64,000 nucleotides of DNA from Minutocellus sp. GHC0000111 (lineage: Eukaryota), in NCBI GenBank assembly GCA_977018835.1, contig OZ361256.1:1-64000 (forward strand). Reading direction: 5' to 3'. Position numbers and translations under genes: made by a program. Positions 26,104 to 37,766 of this stretch are shown here, in pieces (within the stretch, counting starts at the first letter, position 1; each line of letters opens with the position of its first letter). Under the pieces are notes generated by a model, which saw only the letters and a program-made list of their open reading frames with translations, was not told the origin of the DNA and ran no database searches.

Positions 26104-27781
26104 TCCTCGATACTGTAAACAGCATCAAACTTGGTTTCTCCGCCAGTAAGAGGTTCGTCATAGGTGTGCAACTTGGCCATAAATTGGTGCTCGGGTAAGT
26201 CCTCAGAAATCCATTTGAATTGTTCCTCTGAGATGGTGTGCCCCACCATCGCCCAGTTCGGTTCATTCTGCTCAAACCACATCAGTCCAGCACCGAGTCC
26301 GCAACCCGCATCAAATACTCGCAACGATGTGGTAGAGGCCCCTGCTGAATGAGGAGGAAGTTCTCCGAGGACGGATTCATATATTGCCGAACGTATAAGC
26401 TTGTAGTGCTCCAGCGTGCTGTGCTTCGGACCCATCCAACGATGAACGGCATATGAGGTGATCACATTCGGCTTGCGTTTGGCGTGCTCATCTTGCTCGA
26501 GCTTATTGTAGTACTCGCCAAGGTTGCCATCGAACCACTTCCAGTCCTTATCTGCTTTCATCGTTTCTGCCAACGCTGCTGCGGTCGCTTTTATCAACTC
26601 ATTCGCAGATTCCACATCGGCAGCACTTGCATCGATGGCGCCACACTCGACCAACTTCTTTCGCTCCTCCTCCTTGGTCCGTGCAGCTGGAACCACTGGT
26701 GCTTCAAATCCCTGCTGGTATATAGTCGGACTGCCCCCCTGGCCACCCACGCCGACTGACCAGCTTTCCAATGCGCAAGTGGCATGGACCCATTTCGGTG
26801 GCAGGTGCATCACTTCTCCCGCCTCTTGTATACAGGCCTGAGCACCCTTGGGAATATCCGCTCTCCCCGTCAGATAATCACACCCATTGACTCTGGGCCC
26901 AATGGCCTTGTCCTTTGTACGCGGCGGCAAAAGAAACCAGAGGCGTGATCCAGCAACCTGTCCCAACCACGCGGCATCGTGATGATGAAATGGATGGGAG
27001 GATCCCTGCTCCATGGCCGAAAATACTTGAAAGCGAGCTTTCCTGCCCGACCATGCTGGATGATTCTTCAGCGGCTGTGGAAGATCATAATCCGATTCGA
27101 CGGCATCAATAAATGTTGGATTCTCGTAGTCATTGGTAAAGAATAGCAAATCGTCCTTCATCTCTCGAGAGGCATTCCCATTTTCATCATTTGCAAATCG
27201 TTCCTCCATGATCTTGGTCAATGTAGCCGTGCTGGCCGTGCACTGTTTGCCCTCTCCATCTTTCAGTGGCTGGACATCACCTCTCTTGACATACTGAGGA
27301 TGTGATCCATACCTGGCAGTGAATTTGGTTCGATCGCTCCACAACGATAGGGCTGGTGGCTCCCAATTGCTCAGTATGGTCGGTCTCTTCTTGTTCCTGA
27401 GAGCCCTGCCGCCACGGCCGTTGTCAGAGACTGACGAATGGCCGAGCACGATGGTAGCTTTGATGCTGCGTCGGGATGCAGATTGAGTAGACTTCGCGGG
27501 TTACTTGCTGAGCTACTAGAGCCACCTGAGGCATCCACTCGAAGTCGTTTGTCGGCACTACCGCTACCGCTACGAGCACTTTTTGTGCTTCCTTTCTCGT
27601 GCTCACTTTCCGACGACTGCTGAACGTACAGAATCGCCAAGGCCAAGAGAACGAAGCACGATATGCATCGATTCGGCGAGGAGGTAAATGTGCGCACCAG
27701 CCAGCTGCTGGTGCCGTTGCGAGGGTTGGGGTGGCGGACCCTCATGGTGCAGGCAGATACCACCGATGAAGAAATCATCAA
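26104..27781 (-). pseudogene. Membrane-anchored JmjC (JMJD8-like cupin) plus class I SAM-methyltransferase fusion, 3'-truncated, frameshift ~27400-27450
   Basis: N-terminal TM CISCFVLLALAILYV; JmjC motifs HPFHHHDAAW, SRLWFLLPP and CIQEAGEVMHLPPKWVHATCAL; MTase motifs VFDAGCGLGAG, GHTISEEQ and FDAVYSIE, then an abrupt switch to repeat-derived sequence. Confidence 0.75.
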
Positions 27782-28128
27782 GAGCAGGTGGTGCGGTACG
27801 TACGTACCTGTGCTTGCCGTGCCGTGCTGTGCTACCTAGGTAGGCCTACATGTAGACTAGCTAGTGCTGCACGTAGGCCGGTGTTTGTGCAAGTGCGCTC
27901 ATTCACAGCACCATCTGCCAGCCGGATGACTCACATACTTTTGGTCGCGAAGCAACCGACCGGCGCGCCCAACGCGAGCCACCATGGCGGCAAAAATTCA
28001 AATTGCCGCCGCTACGTGCAGAACGAAGGCGATGTCTCGCGCTGGTGTGGGAGAATTACGGCACGAGACCAACCAGGCACTCCCGACATCCTGGTGATGT
28101 TCCCGTTGGTCTCGATCCACAACTCTCC

Positions 28129-29764
28129 ATGAGCAAAAAAAACAACGGCCGCAATCCCGCGGTCAACACCGCAGACAGAATTGCGGTGCAGGACGCCCTG
28201 GCTGAACCACTCGTCCGTCTTCGCAGAAAGGAACTTCATTGCTACAATTTCATCGGCAACAACAACGACTCCTTGATGAATGTGTTGGGATGCAGTCCCA
28301 TCATGCACGGCGCCGTCATGTGCACTGCGGGCATCTTGGGTTTGAAGAAGAAGAAACACGAAGACTGCGATGTGTTTTTTGTGAGGACAGACAACCAGAA
28401 TGGATGGGATGAAATGGCATCAAGACACTGCCTTGCCGACGACGTTCAGCGAACCCCACACAAAAAGAGCATGTTTGTTCGCCTCTCGGTTCTATCAATC
28501 CTCGTGCAGCCGACGCTCTCCATGATGATGGATGGATGGCTTTCGACATGGTCACGGTCGAGCAACAATTTCGCCTCGAAACACCGCCGCCGCGGCTCAA
28601 TTTGACGAAGGCATGTGATGCATTCCTCAAGTCGGTCGCACCACATGTGTCGGTGGGACATGCGGCGATGGACTACGAAATCAACAGGCAGATGTTGCTC
28701 GAGGCCCAGAAGTTCCCTGGTGGGTGTAATGGCCAGGACGATGGGTGGGACAATGACGACGATGTTGGGACGGTGGGCACCCTGACCACGACGGAGGCCG
28801 GCGAGATCAGTGAGGACGATGACGACGAAGACGAGGACTATGTGCCCTGTTATGAGGACGAAGCTGATATTGCAAGAGAGGACGCTACACATGAAGCATG
28901 CATGCAGCAGCACTTTGAGAAGAATCGTCAGAAGCACGGTGATGGCGAGCCAGAGATGGGAGCTGTCGATGATGCCGAGGATGACGATGCCCCTCACTTC
29001 CATTTCCTGAAAAAGGCCGGCATTGAGGCGGCCGACTCAGGTAAAATAAGGGCAGTGCTGGCAGAATGCTGGAGAGCTTTATCTATTAATATTTCTGATG
29101 GCAACAACAAGAAGAAACCAAGGACAACAGAGTTCATCCACCATAACACCTCCACCAAAGGAACTCTCCTAGAGCACAATCGCGAGGAAGATGGCATGAC
29201 GGATGACGACATCAAAGAGCTCTGCAAAGCTTGCTCTAATTTGCTCTCCACACTCTTGACGCAATACATTCCAGGTTTCTGAAATGGTGCATGAAATGGG
29301 ATGATGAGGCAAAGAAGGCTGTGAGAGAGCTTGAAGCATTGATTGCAAGTGCCCTCAAGCAAGCACGGGCAATCGGTGTTAGCATGACGCCCAAGTGGCA
29401 CTTACTCGAAGATCACATCTTGGACCAACAACACATTTGGCTAGTGAAGAATGGATGGGGCGGCATCTATTGGCTCGACGAATCGTTTGTAGAGCGAGCC
29501 CACCAAGAGGGCGTTAAGGAAGATCGTCGGACTCAGGGCGTCAAGGGATATGAGGCCCAACAGACGGCGCAGTTCAAGGCTGAGGAGAGGGCATCCAATC
29601 CAAAGGTCGAGGAGAGGCGGGAGCGAAACTCTCGGGTGGCAAGAACAAGGAAAAGGACAAGGACCGAAGCTGTTAAAGCAGAAACTGATGACAAGCGCCA
29701 ACAAATGATCATGATGGCCACCGATGGAGATGAGGATGTAGAGATGGGAGCAGGGCATGTATAA
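28129..29764 (+). mobile_element. Degenerate Chapaev/Transib(RAG1)-like DDE transposase relic, core apparently deleted
   Basis: C-terminal block ...LDAIHS...GVSMTPKWHLLEDH...GGIYWLDESFVERAHQEG resembles the K-x-H-x4-H...G...DE-x2/3-ER-x-HQ signature. Three ORF pieces can be joined by removing CT duplications at ~28485 and ~29254. No TIRs found. Confidence 0.6.
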
Positions 29765-30616
29765 AATTAGAAAATGAAATTGCACTGCTGCTACACAACA
29801 ACAAATGAATTGCATAATCCAACTTTTACAAACAGCATCGCGATTGAGCAAAAAAGTAAATAGTACACCCAAACAAACACATCGCGTCCTTCTTAACTCA
29901 CCCATTTATCTCCCAGACCAAAAAGTCCCTTTGTCGGGTTGATTGTTGCATAAACTTATCCCAATACTATCTGTCTCTCCTCGGGCGCAAAATTATTGTC
30001 GGAATTCCGGGAGGTCGAGTGGGGATGCGATCGGTCGGGATCAGCGAGAGTCGGTCATACGGGGGGTGCGGCGCAATCCCGGCAGTTTATCATCAACAAC
30101 AACGTGGGAAAGTACCAGAGGGTCTGGGGCATCACAACGGGAGCACGACGAGCACAAAGACGGAGCAATGGCACCACCCCAGAGAAACGAACGGCCGACA
30201 GATGGAGGAAAAGTAGGCCGATGGTTCGTGGCGTTGATACGCAGCGGAGGCCAATCTGAGGATACAGTAAGCTTCAACTATATCCAAACATGATAATGAA
30301 TGCGTATTTGGTACGAAAATATAGTTATACGCCGGCGCAACGCCGACGGACCACCATGGTGTTGGACGGTCAAAGAATGGGTGACGAACGAGATTGGGTT
30401 TTGGTGGGTTTCTTCGTGACGTGTTCGTCTTCATCCGACCGGCGAAACAAGACGAGATGGGGCTGTGCCGCCGCCGCCCGCCGCGCGAGCAATTTTATTT
30501 TGGGTCCTTTTATTTTTTGGGCGAGAGCGTGGTGCCGGTGGTGTGGTGGTGCCCTTGCCTTCTCGCTCCGTTTGCTTGATCAGCAACTTACCCACTACAC
30601 GGGCACACACATAAGG

Positions 30617-31900
30617 ATGGGGTTCAACGAAAACTGCTTCGAATGGTGGCAATATTTTATCATACCCTGGATAGCGGGCTTCGTGGGATGGGGGACCAAC
30701 GTTCTCGCATTGGAAATGACATTCAAGCCAATTGAATTTTTCGGCATTGAACTGTTTCGAATAAAGGAGCAACCGTGGGGGTTGTTTGGGTGGCAGGGGA
30801 TCATACCGACCAAGGCGGAGAAGATGGCCAGTATATGTTTCGAGCTGATGACGACAAGCCTTCTCAACATCCGGGAAATATTCAACCGACTCAAGGCGGA
30901 AAAATTTAGCGAGGTGATGGAGGACGGTGTGCTCTTGTTGATGGACGAGATTTTGGATGAGGTCGGGATGGAGTATATGCCAGAGGTGTGGACGAAGCTG
31001 CCCCAAGAGGTCCGGGATGAGATGGTCGTTGTCGCGCACCAGGCCAGCGACGAATTTCTCACAGCCTTTATGACCGATATGCAAAAGCACGTCGATGACA
31101 TTCTCGACATGAAACAAATGACGGTCAGCGCCTGCGTTCAGAACAAACCCTTGATCAACAAAATATTCCAGGAATGTGGCGACAAGGAATTCCGCTTCAT
31201 TCGTCGGTCGGGATTCTACTTTGGTTTTCTGTTTGGGTGTGTGCAAATGATCATCTGGTTCTTCTACACTGGCTCGTGGATTCTTCCGCTAGCTGGCTTC
31301 CTCGTGGGCTGGGCCACCAATTGGCTTGGACTCAAGGTCATCTTTCGTCCCCTTGACCCGGTCAAGATTGGATGTTTTACCATCCAGGGTCTGTTCCTGG
31401 TGCGACAAAAAGAGGTGTCGGAGACATTTGCCCGCGTAAATTGCGTGGAGATCCTGCACAGTGAGGCGGTTTGGCAGGCAATACTGATGGGGCCGTTGCA
31501 TAAGAACTTTTTTGCGATGCTGAGGGCACATTCCATTGTGTTTACCGAAAAGATGATCGGCGGACTCAAGCCGTTTGCAGTCGCAGCCATGGGTGGTGCG
31601 CGATTTGCCGAAATGAAGGAGGATATTGCCACCAAAATATCCGAGAAACTCCCCACCATCATTGATCAGTCATATGAATACATGACAGAAGCGCTTGATA
31701 TGGAGAATACTATCCGCGAAAAAATGAAAGGTTTGTCCCCAGCAGAATTTGAAGGCGTCCTGCATCCAGCGTTCGAGGAGGACGAAATAACATTGATCAT
31801 GGTCGGTGCCATCCTGGGACTGATCGTCGGTATCATTCAGCTATTTACGGTATTTGCCGGTGGAAGCAACTGTCCGGCACCGCCAGATCAAATAACATGA
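30617..31900 (+). CDS. DUF445-family membrane protein
   Basis: IPWIAGFVGWGTNVLALEMTFKP...WQGIIPTKAEKMA, second GWATNWLGLKVIFRP, and C-terminal EFEGVLHPAFEEDEITLIMVGAILG. Confidence 0.8.
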   Translation: MGFNENCFEWWQYFIIPWIAGFVGWGTNVLALEMTFKPIEFFGIELFRIKEQPWGLFGWQGIIPTKAEKMASICFELMTTSLLNIREIFNRLKAEKFSEVMEDGVLLLMDEILDEVGMEYMPEVWTKLPQEVRDEMVVVAHQASDEFLTAFMTDMQKHVDDILDMKQMTVSACVQNKPLINKIFQECGDKEFRFIRRSGFYFGFLFGCVQMIIWFFYTGSWILPLAGFLVGWATNWLGLKVIFRPLDPVKIGCFTIQGLFLVRQKEVSETFARVNCVEILHSEAVWQAILMGPLHKNFFAMLRAHSIVFTEKMIGGLKPFAVAAMGGARFAEMKEDIATKISEKLPTIIDQSYEYMTEALDMENTIREKMKGLSPAEFEGVLHPAFEEDEITLIMVGAILGLIVGIIQLFTVFAGGSNCPAPPDQIT

Positions 31901-31959
31901 CGCTAAAAATACCCATGAACAAACATATCATTATTAGATCTAGTAAGCTCTTTCATATA

Positions 31960-32526
31960 CTATGATTCGTCAATCTCATCCTTCTCGCTCGCCTTGATAA
32001 TGTCAGCCATATCATCTTCTACGTGTTTTATTGAGGTCTTATCAATGAAATAGCGCCCAATTGGAGAGGTGAATAACATCCGTGACAAAAGTGATTGTGG
32101 TACCAATGCGAATGAAACTACAAGGCGACATCGACTGCAATCTCCCTCCACGCATTCCACTGACAACGATCCAGTCGAAGCCGTACCAGGAACCGAGGTT
32201 GTAATCGAAAAGGTCTTGGGAAATCGATCAGGATCATTTCCGCCATCGTCCAGCGCCGTGCATGTAATGGTTGTTGTGTGTTGTTTGGAGTCCAGTCCTC
32301 GTCGAGTCTGTTTCCATCGAGTGCCCACTTTTACTGGATCATCAGCTCTGCTTCCATCGATTCGTTCCATTGATTCCACCGTCGATAATATCAACGGAGA
32401 TGAATCAATATCAATGATATTGGACCAAACCCTGGAGGGAGGAGCGTCGATTTCTTGTACCGACGCAACGCCAAAGCCATCCCATCTTCTTGGTTGGCGC
32501 GTCACGTAATGCGATGAGTTTGTCAT
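31960..32526 (-). CDS. SRPBCC/polyketide-cyclase-like domain protein
   Basis: EIDAPPSRVWSNIIDID...VGTRWKQTR pattern; intact 188-aa ORF. Confidence 0.7.
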   Translation of the reverse strand: MTNSSHYVTRQPRRWDGFGVASVQEIDAPPSRVWSNIIDIDSSPLILSTVESMERIDGSRADDPVKVGTRWKQTRRGLDSKQHTTTITCTALDDGGNDPDRFPKTFSITTSVPGTASTGSLSVECVEGDCSRCRLVVSFALVPQSLLSRMLFTSPIGRYFIDKTSIKHVEDDMADIIKASEKDEIDES

Positions 32527-33046
32527 GTGAATTTCACTTCCGCCGCAACCAGTTCAGTTTCAATTGCGTAGAAAAATATCTGAGCGTTTTGATAGATGTA
32601 CAGCTCCCAGCATGCACTTTGCTGATAGCCCTTGCAAGTCTGAGTTCCTTTCTCACTTTCTCTAGGATTCCTACCCTCAAACCCTCGCCTCTCGCCTCCG
32701 GCCTCCGGCCCCCGGCCGCCCGCCGCCGATTTCGCACGTTTCGCGACGGACAGACCTCGACACAATATAATAGCCCCTCATGACTTCATTTCTGTTACGA
32801 CAGCCAATCGGATTTCGACACAAGACGTCTGATTTTGGAGCTGTGCTGTCCCTTCTACGAGTAAACCATCCTACTTTACTTCAAGACAAAACAGCCTACC
32901 GTTCAGCACACAAGAGGCTCTTTTACTTCGAGAAAGGGCCACATGCGACATGACTGTCCGGACTGCACTGTCCCACTTTCAGTTCCCCTCTTCCTCTTCA
33001 ATCGTTCACACATTCTGCGTAGCTGAAGCTAGGGCTATCGTCCATC

Positions 33047-33808
33047 ATGTCTACTTCCAACGAGCCAAAGCGCGCTACTGATCTAATGTCGACGACTCGT
33101 GCTGGCGCTTGCAGTCCTCCTCATCGCAAAAGCTCGTTTTCGAAATTCATAGAGGCACTTCGGCTCGATGAGGAAATTGAAGATGACGACGAAGAGGAAG
33201 ACAACGACTATAACGATGGTGCCAATGCGTTACATGTACCATCCAGTGCAGGCACCTCATGCGCCGTTGCTACAAAAGCTTCTACTCCAACTTTCACACT
33301 TCAAGATAGCTACAATCATCACCAGCATAGCAGTACATGTATCAGCATCAAGGCGCCATTCGCCAGAGACATCCGTATCCTACTTCGATCCATCACAGAC
33401 ACTGATCACCATTCCGATGGAGATGTCGACATTCAAGACACTGGCAATATGGTTTTGTCCACAGGCAAGGGACGACACTTTCTCCACGCCGACAATCTGT
33501 CTAAGTTTATAGAGAAGACGCATGGTGATCTTGGCAAAGAAGAACACGAGATCAACGCTGCCACCACGGCGATCTGCTCGGCAGGTGTCAATGATCCCGT
33601 CAGCGGCAAAACCAGTATACGCCAAGATTCCTTCCATGACGCCCTAGTGGACATCATTCTCACCGAACAGGCCAAAGTGGGAGAAAACAAAAAGAAGAAA
33701 TGCTGCAGGAAAAGCACCACCAAGGCAAATATCGCCTCAGACCTTCGAAGGAGAATCTCCGACGAGATCGACTGGAAACCCAAGAGACTGTCAGCCAATA
33801 TGGCCTAA
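33047..33808 (+). CDS. Hypothetical protein (253 aa)
   Basis: Intact ORF with ATC-ATG context and no recognised domain. Confidence 0.6.
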   Translation: MSTSNEPKRATDLMSTTRAGACSPPHRKSSFSKFIEALRLDEEIEDDDEEEDNDYNDGANALHVPSSAGTSCAVATKASTPTFTLQDSYNHHQHSSTCISIKAPFARDIRILLRSITDTDHHSDGDVDIQDTGNMVLSTGKGRHFLHADNLSKFIEKTHGDLGKEEHEINAATTAICSAGVNDPVSGKTSIRQDSFHDALVDIILTEQAKVGENKKKKCCRKSTTKANIASDLRRRISDEIDWKPKRLSANMA

Positions 33809-33886
33809 AACTGGTTGCACGCTACCATATTGGCCTCAAGTAATGAAGAAAGGATCATCGCATTTTTGCGAAGGAGATCATCTCTA

Positions 33887-33931
33887 CTCTAGAAGCATCA
33901 TCTCTAGAAGCATCATCTCTGCTCTAGAAGC
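33887..33931. repeat. 15-bp tandem repeat CTCTAGAAGCATCAT (~2.5 copies) between convergent genes
   Basis: Seen directly. Confidence 0.8.
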
Positions 33932-33994
33932 TAGCTAGAGGAGGAGTACGGTAACAATAATCTTATGTCTATTCGTGTCGTATATATTCTCTCT

Positions 33995-35991
33995 CTACAT
34001 TTGGATAATATTTTCAAGGTGGACCTTGACACCACCGGGCGATGCAGCGGGAGATGAAGTTTTTTCCACCTCTCCCGTCGACTTTGTCCTGCGATTTACA
34101 ATTGCGATTGGAACCGGTAGTGCACTTGAGGGGCTGGCAGATGTAGGAGATGTAGAGCTCGAGGCCTTGTGATGAAACTTGGACGATATGTCCTCAATTC
34201 TCTTGGCACCCTCAATATCAAGCGCTTTGGAATGGATCAGATCATGTCCTGCAAGGCCGGAGCGGATGCACATCGAACGGATCAAGAAGTAGTACTTCGC
34301 ATACTCTGATGCCTTGACCTTGACATCAAATTTGAGACAGTTTAGCATGGCCAATTCAAGTTCATTAATTCGTTTCAGGGGAAAGTGCACTCCTGATGGG
34401 CAGGTCTGACTAAAGTCAGCATTCCACATCGATAGATCGTCCCAAACCTTGCTCGACATGACCATGCTTGCAAACAACAATGATCGCCAGTTACCTATTC
34501 GTGGACGAACGCCGCCAACTGTTACTTTGATAAGAAACTCGATATAGATCAAACTCATGATGATGCAGTCCGTTTCCATCTGTGATCGGCGGAAGATGTC
34601 GCTGTAGAAGGCGGTGATTTCCTCAAGAGATGGCACGCAAGATTCAATCGATTCAGGGGTGTATGCCTCGATACTTGGTTCTGTGCCGTCGGACAGTGGC
34701 GGTTCGTCGCGAGAGTCCTCGTACGCGGCAGAGGCCGAAATTCTCTTGGGACTTCCAGAACCCCGCTCACTGCGCAGGTCGTTGAATATTTCGTACTCAT
34801 CGAATTTGACATGCGGCCGAAACCCTGATGCCACCTCCTCGTGCGCAGCCTGGACGATATGTGCACGGAATATTCCGCATATGCACTTGATCGTGGCATC
34901 CTTGTCTGGATCTGACATGGTTGAGGAAACATGCAACGTTCCGCATGTATTTCTCTGCTTGAAAACTGGTTTGGGAATACTCTTGAGTTGTTCTAGCGAT
35001 GGGTCAGGTGTAGAGCTGGTGGTCTTCTCTCCAGTTCCGTCCAGAGTCATGGCGGCCATTTCCTCCGCGGTTCGACGAAATTCGTCCACAGCACGATCAT
35101 CTTCACTGCTCGTCGGAGAGCTATTTCCCGTCAGAGTAGAAGATTGTTTCGTAGGTGGAGGAAACAGCGCATTCAAGTGCGACGCCAACGGTGTTTTGTC
35201 TCCCTCGCTTTCGCTGCCACCATCACCATCGAGTGAATATGTGTACGACGTGGAAACGACCGAGGTAGGAGAAACTTTCGTCGCCAGGGCATCGAATGGC
35301 GATTCCACCGTCTGCCCGGTTTTGGCTAACTCCGCTATCAGAGCATCGTCCATTGACGATATCGTGCGGACTGGTTTTTGATTTGGCTTCAGAGTCTTGG
35401 GAAGCAAGCCTTTCGGTCCTGCATTGCCGTCGATGTTGATATCGGATGACGACGATGGGAAAGAAGATCGGCTGCCATCGATCGATTTGGTCGTCTTCAT
35501 CTCTGCAACCTTGTCTTCTTCTCGGCCGCCCCCGTCTTCATTTGTACCGCTGCTATGTGTGCCCTCACTTGATGATGACAATCTATTGCCACCAGGAGGA
35601 ACGAGACTGCCACCAGCCAAACTCTTGAGGATATTGGACTCCATCGCTGCAAAGAATTCTTTCTGCTTCCGCTCCTTCTCCTCGATGGCCTTTCGTTCCT
35701 CGTCGGTTGCCAGTTCCAATGGCTTGCGCCACTGCGTCTGTCTTGTTGCAACGTCATAATAGTACGTCCTTCCAGTCTTGGGATCGACGGCCGACCTCCA
35801 TACCTGCTTGGCGGGAGCGGTGGCGGCTTTGGACTGATGATGCTTATTGTCAGCTGGCTTGTGTCTGCATTCTCATTTTGGCGGGTTCGCGCCCAGTGCT
35901 GAGGTTTGTTGCTGTTGGACGACTGCGAAGGTCGATTGTGATGGTGGTGATGATGGCTGCCGCCCCCACGAGAAGAAAATAGATGAGGCAT
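33995..35991 (-). CDS. Cyclin Y-like protein with N-terminal WW domain (frameshift ~35862)
   Basis: WW motif VWRSAVDPKTGRTYYYDVATRQTQWRKP is in frame with ORF 33995-35719. Cyclin box CIIMSLIYIE, NWRSLLFASMVMSSKVWDDLSMWNADF, INELELAML, VKASEYAKYYF. Confidence 0.85.
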
Positions 35992-36575
35992 CGTGCAACG
36001 GGTTCAAATGGTTGCCTTTGGCGGCTTCAGGGTAATGGTTTGTCGGCGGTCGTGGGAGTGGGTTTTTCAGTTTTGCTTTGATCTGATGCGACCGTCTTCG
36101 GAGTCGAGAAGCGTCGCTTCAATCAAAAGAAAGTGGAGAGGCGAGAAAGCTTGTCTCTACCGCTCTGATGAATGAAGCACAAATATATGGAAGTTAACAC
36201 AGTCGCCTCGGCTTATTGACTCTCTTATCGCTTCGTATGTGGTCGATTTTGGTACAGAATATGAGGGCACAGCACCAACGCGCAGCCCATCGACTTCGCG
36301 CCAAGCGCAACATTTTCTCATTCCCGGGAAATTTCTCGTCGGCTCGTCGGCGGGATTCATTCGATTCGATTCATTCGATTGCCCATTGTTTGAGAGGTCA
36401 TTGGTAATTTGTTTAGCGCAGCGCAGGAAACCAAGAAACCAGCACATCTCGTGATCCTCAACGTATCCTGCCGGTATCGCATCGGTAGCTACGGCTAGCT
36501 CGGCTCCTCCTCGATATCACGTCACTATCACTATCATATTGTTCGTATCGGAATTTGACTCATTTAATCAGCATC

Positions 36576-37364
36576 ATGGCAACCAAAATCGCAGAAGCCC
36601 GCCGCAAGGCCAACCTCCGCGTCCTGCAGCGGTTGGACCCCCTCATTCTTGACATTCAGGGGTCCGCAACGCACGTCGTCCTCTACGAGTTCTCGGTGGA
36701 CAGCCAGCAGTGGGAGAAGACCGGCTGCGAGGGATCCCTCTTCATTGCCAAGCGGAGCGAATCCCCCCGCTTCAAGCTGGTGGTGCTCAATCGCAATTCG
36801 AAGGAAAATCTCGAGGTGCCCATCACCGGCAAATTCCAAATGCAGGTGCAGGAGCCCTACTTGATCTTTCGCGAGACCAAGGGCGATGGCGTCGTCCAGA
36901 TCCGCGGGATTTGGTTCCATGACAGTGCCGAGCGGGAGGCCGTGTCCACCCTGCTGACGAGAATCGTTTCCAGTCTGGAGCAGATCGAACAGTTGGAGGA
37001 GAAACACTCTCATGATGCCGAGGCGCTTGGAGTTCGGCAGCAGCAGCAGCAGCAGCAGCAGAGTGCTGGCAGTACTAATCAGCAAGTTGCAGCGGCGGGT
37101 GCTGCCATGCAGGGCTTATCGGTATCTCCAGCTGCTGGTGCGACAGGAGCACCAGCCGATGGAAGCGCCGACGGTGCGAAGCAACCGCATCGCCATCATC
37201 ATCATGCCAACAATAATCCCGTACTCGACAAGAAGTCGCTGCAGCTATCACTTCTCTCTCTGATTCAAGATGAGCGATTCCTGGACCTTATCCATGCCCA
37301 ATATTTGAAGGTTGCACAAGCTAGAGCGAATCGAGAGAAGCATGGAGACGGTGGGGGGCATTGA
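36576..37364 (+). CDS. DCP1: mRNA decapping co-activator DCP1 (EVH1 domain plus C-terminal helix)
   Basis: [27 protein letters not shown]...[27 protein letters not shown]; a poly-Q tract is encoded by (CAG)n at ~37037-37060. Confidence 0.9.
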   Translation: MATKIAEARRKANLRVLQRLDPLILDIQGSATHVVLYEFSVDSQQWEKTGCEGSLFIAKRSESPRFKLVVLNRNSKENLEVPITGKFQMQVQEPYLIFRETKGDGVVQIRGIWFHDSAEREAVSTLLTRIVSSLEQIEQLEEKHSHDAEALGVRQQQQQQQQSAGSTNQQVAAAGAAMQGLSVSPAAGATGAPADGSADGAKQPHRHHHHANNNPVLDKKSLQLSLLSLIQDERFLDLIHAQYLKVAQARANREKHGDGGGH

Positions 37365-37766
37365 TGATTTAATTTTTTTATTCTTTTTACCGATCGTACC
37401 GGTAACTGATCGGTTCCAAAGAAGTCTAACTCTACTAGGAGGCATTTAAAGATAGCCTGTCATGTCCAAACCGTACTGATAATACACCAATCTCTAGCCA
37501 GATCTATGTCCAGCCAGCCTTACATCTTGTACCGGTATTGTCTCGCTGTTGATCCCCGTCACTGAGAGCCTCTTCTTGTGAAAAAAAATCATCCGCCCCA
37601 AAAATCTTCGTCTGTCCGTCGAAACGACAGCTCTGGTGGCCGGCCGTTCTCCGCCATCCCGCCATGCCATCGCCCCCAGTTCGCTTGTGCTATTGAAGCC
37701 GCCCAGCCAGTAGAGTATCGAGCATTTCGTGTAGGATACCTTTTCGCCTTTTGCTAATATCGAAGT

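Noticed and set aside
27880..29960. Possible TIRs or RSS-like heptamer/nonamer for the Chapaev/Transib-like relic (ACTTTTGGTC / GACCAAAAAGT)
   Set aside because: Only ~10-bp patches with inconsistent spacing; no CAC...GTG termini or TSD found.
29943..30600. Short ORFs and 5' extension of the DUF445 ORF
   Set aside because: No recognisable motifs; family similarity starts at the Met at 30617.
26064..33931. Short direct repeats as CRISPR-like arrays
   Set aside because: Two to three abutting copies without spacers; eukaryotic context with no cas genes.
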